A stretch of 64,000 nucleotides of DNA from Pristiophorus japonicus. Taxonomy: Eukaryota. The notes under the pieces were generated by a model. The model saw only the letters and a list, made by a program, of their open reading frames with translations. It was not told the DNA's origin and searched no databases. Below are positions 62,087-64,000 of the stretch, in pieces (the stretch's first letter is position 1; every line of letters starts with the position of its first letter). A program made the position numbers and the translations under genes. The stretch spans positions 145,762,001 to 145,826,000 of the forward strand of contig NC_091984.1 of assembly GCF_044704955.1 (NCBI RefSeq). Direction: 5' to 3'.

Positions 62087-64000
62087 TGTTATGTATTGTC
62101 CAGGTACATTAAATGTATAAGTGCAATGGTGCGCCATAGAGGACACTGTGGTGGGAGACTGGAAAGTACCTGCAAGACAGAGTCTAAAAGTCTGCCCACC
62201 ACACCTGAGAGGCACTCTGGAGTCAGACAATAAAGGACTAAGGTCACAGCAGTTACTACAACACCAGACTGTGTGGAGTCAGTGATTTGAGTGCGACATA
62301 CATCACATTGGCGACAAGGACACGGACGAACTTCATTCATCATGCAACTATGGCTACTCTGGGCTCGTTAAAGGATTTTACAATGGGAAATGATTGGGAG
62401 GCCTTTACGGAAAGGCTCGAGTACTACTTCACAGCAAACGACCTGACGGGGCACATGGACGCACTGAGAGAAGCGTAAGGCAATATTACTTTCCAGCTGT
62501 GGCTATGAGGTTTACTGTCTTGTCAGGGATTTGCTGGCACCCGGGAGTGCCAGGGACAAGTCATATGAGAAGCCGGTGGGACTCATTCGTGACCAACTTA
62601 CGTGACCAAAGGAGAGCATCTTCACAGCCCGGTACAAATTCTATCACCACTGCAGACCTGAAGGCCAGGATGTCACCAAATATGCTACGGACCTCAGGAG
62701 ACTCGCGGCGCGATGTGATTTTGGCACACACCTTGAAGACGCGTTGCGAGACATTTTTGTTTTGGGGATTGGCCATGAGGGTCTCTTTCTCAAGCTGCTA
62801 TCCACGGAACCTACAGTCACCCTGAAGCGAGCCATCATCACCAGCAGGGCATTTATGGCCTCGACTTGCAGCACCAAACAGATGATCCACACAGTCTCGA
62901 ACCCGGCAGGCACTGTCCACAGGATAGCGCCCACCATGGACAAACTGCAGAACGTGGCTCTGCCTGGGGCAGAGAGCACGGACCTCGAGGTCCTGGAACT
63001 CAGAGTCCGCTGAGGGGGGCTAATCGAGTAGCACCATGCTGGCGCTGTGGAGGAAGCCATGGGGCTCACCGGTGCAGGTTTGCGGAGTATACGTGCAATA
63101 CCTGCCACACGAAAGGCCACCTTCAGCGTATGTTTAAAAGAGACACGACTCACCGTGTGGCTGAGGAGATGGTGGAGGGTCCATTTTCCAGCGAGGAGCA
63201 GGCAGAAGGAGACAAGGCGTTGTTTGGACTGTACACGTGTACTGATGGTTCGGCCCCGGTGATTATGGAGGTCAAGATTAACGGAGTCCCTGTGAGTATG
63301 GAAGTAGATACTGGCTCGGGTCCATCGTTGATGAGTCAGGAAACTTTTGAAAAACTGTGGGTTAACCCAGCTGCACGACCCAAGCTGGTCCCGGTCATGG
63401 CAAAGCTGCGTACCTACACCAAGGAACTGATACCTGTTCTTGGCAGAGCAGATGTGCAGGTATCTCACGGGGACGAGACGCACGGTTTACCTTTGTGGGT
63501 CATTGCAGGTGATGGGCCGTGCTTCTCAGCAGAAGGTGGATGGGAAAGGTCCGTGGGAGCTGGGAAGACTTCACTCCTCCACAGACCGCTGTCCCCCGGG
63601 TCCCCAAAGAGCAGCACCGACCGAGCTGGAGAAGAAGTAAGCAGTTCATCAGCAGCCTCAATTCCACAGGCCACAGCAACCCTGCAGCCCCAACCCTGGA
63701 AGAGCAGCTTTTCAACCCGGCTGCAGGAGTGGCGGCAGGTGCTGGAGCAGGAGCGGAGGCTCAGGAGAGGCGGCACCAGCAGCAGGAATGGAGGCTGCAG
63801 CGGCGGCGGAGGCTACGGAGGCGGCAGCTATGACTTGGGAGAACGCGATTTCTTGGACAGATAAAGGAGCCAGAGCAGATGCAGGAGTCAGAACAGAGGA
63901 AACGGCCAGGTTCAAGATCATGCTTTGGCTGTTTTCTTTCCTTCTTTCTTCGTTATTTCTTCTTTTCCAGAGAGTAAAATGGCAGGCCAGCGAGCTCAAG
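62087..64000 (+). mobile_element. Ty3/Gypsy (Mag-like) LTR retrotransposon, 5' part: LTR 62087-62307, PBS, gag, protease
   Basis: TGTT...CACA LTR with AATAAA; PBS TGGCGACAAGGA (tRNA-Ser(GCT)-like); gag DWEAFTERLEYYFTAND; knuckles CWRCGGSH...CNTCHTKGH; protease MEVDTGS; frameshifted. Confidence 0.85.

Overview
Eukaryotic, repeat-rich DNA that is very probably from an elasmobranch (shark or ray). The evidence is HER1/HE1-type CR1 3' tails, SacSINE1-like DeuSINEs and cluster-type Ig organisation. The host locus is one unrearranged kappa-type (NS4/type III-like) Ig light-chain cluster on the minus strand: leader 43057-43009, V 42821-42523 with a 12-RSS, J 40966-40932 with a 23-RSS, and C 32231-31904. 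The C exon carries a 1-bp frameshift. Most of the rest is mobile DNA: two full-length and many partial CR1 LINEs, L2, RTE and Tx1 fragments, DeuSINEs, two Harbinger elements, a Gypsy element, two related retrovirus-like LTR elements primed by tRNA-Arg(TCG), many minisatellites and an intronless MROH1-like pseudogene. Four observations stand out. (1) A 350-bp polyadenylated, TSD-flanked retroposon (29017-29366, minus) is built from a remodelled U2 snRNA that keeps the branch-site helix, Sm site and stem-loops with compensatory changes; it is a candidate shark U2-derived SINE or variant-U2 retrocopy. (2) A retrovirus-like element with two RNase H domains (Loki-like) has its 5' LTR between a PPT and a PBS. 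(3) An inverted duplication upstream of V carries a PU.1/IRF composite element that is intact in one copy and mutated in the copy next to the frameshifted cluster. (4) The C-exon frameshift itself. All family assignments come from manual reading and recalled consensus sequences; no searches were run.
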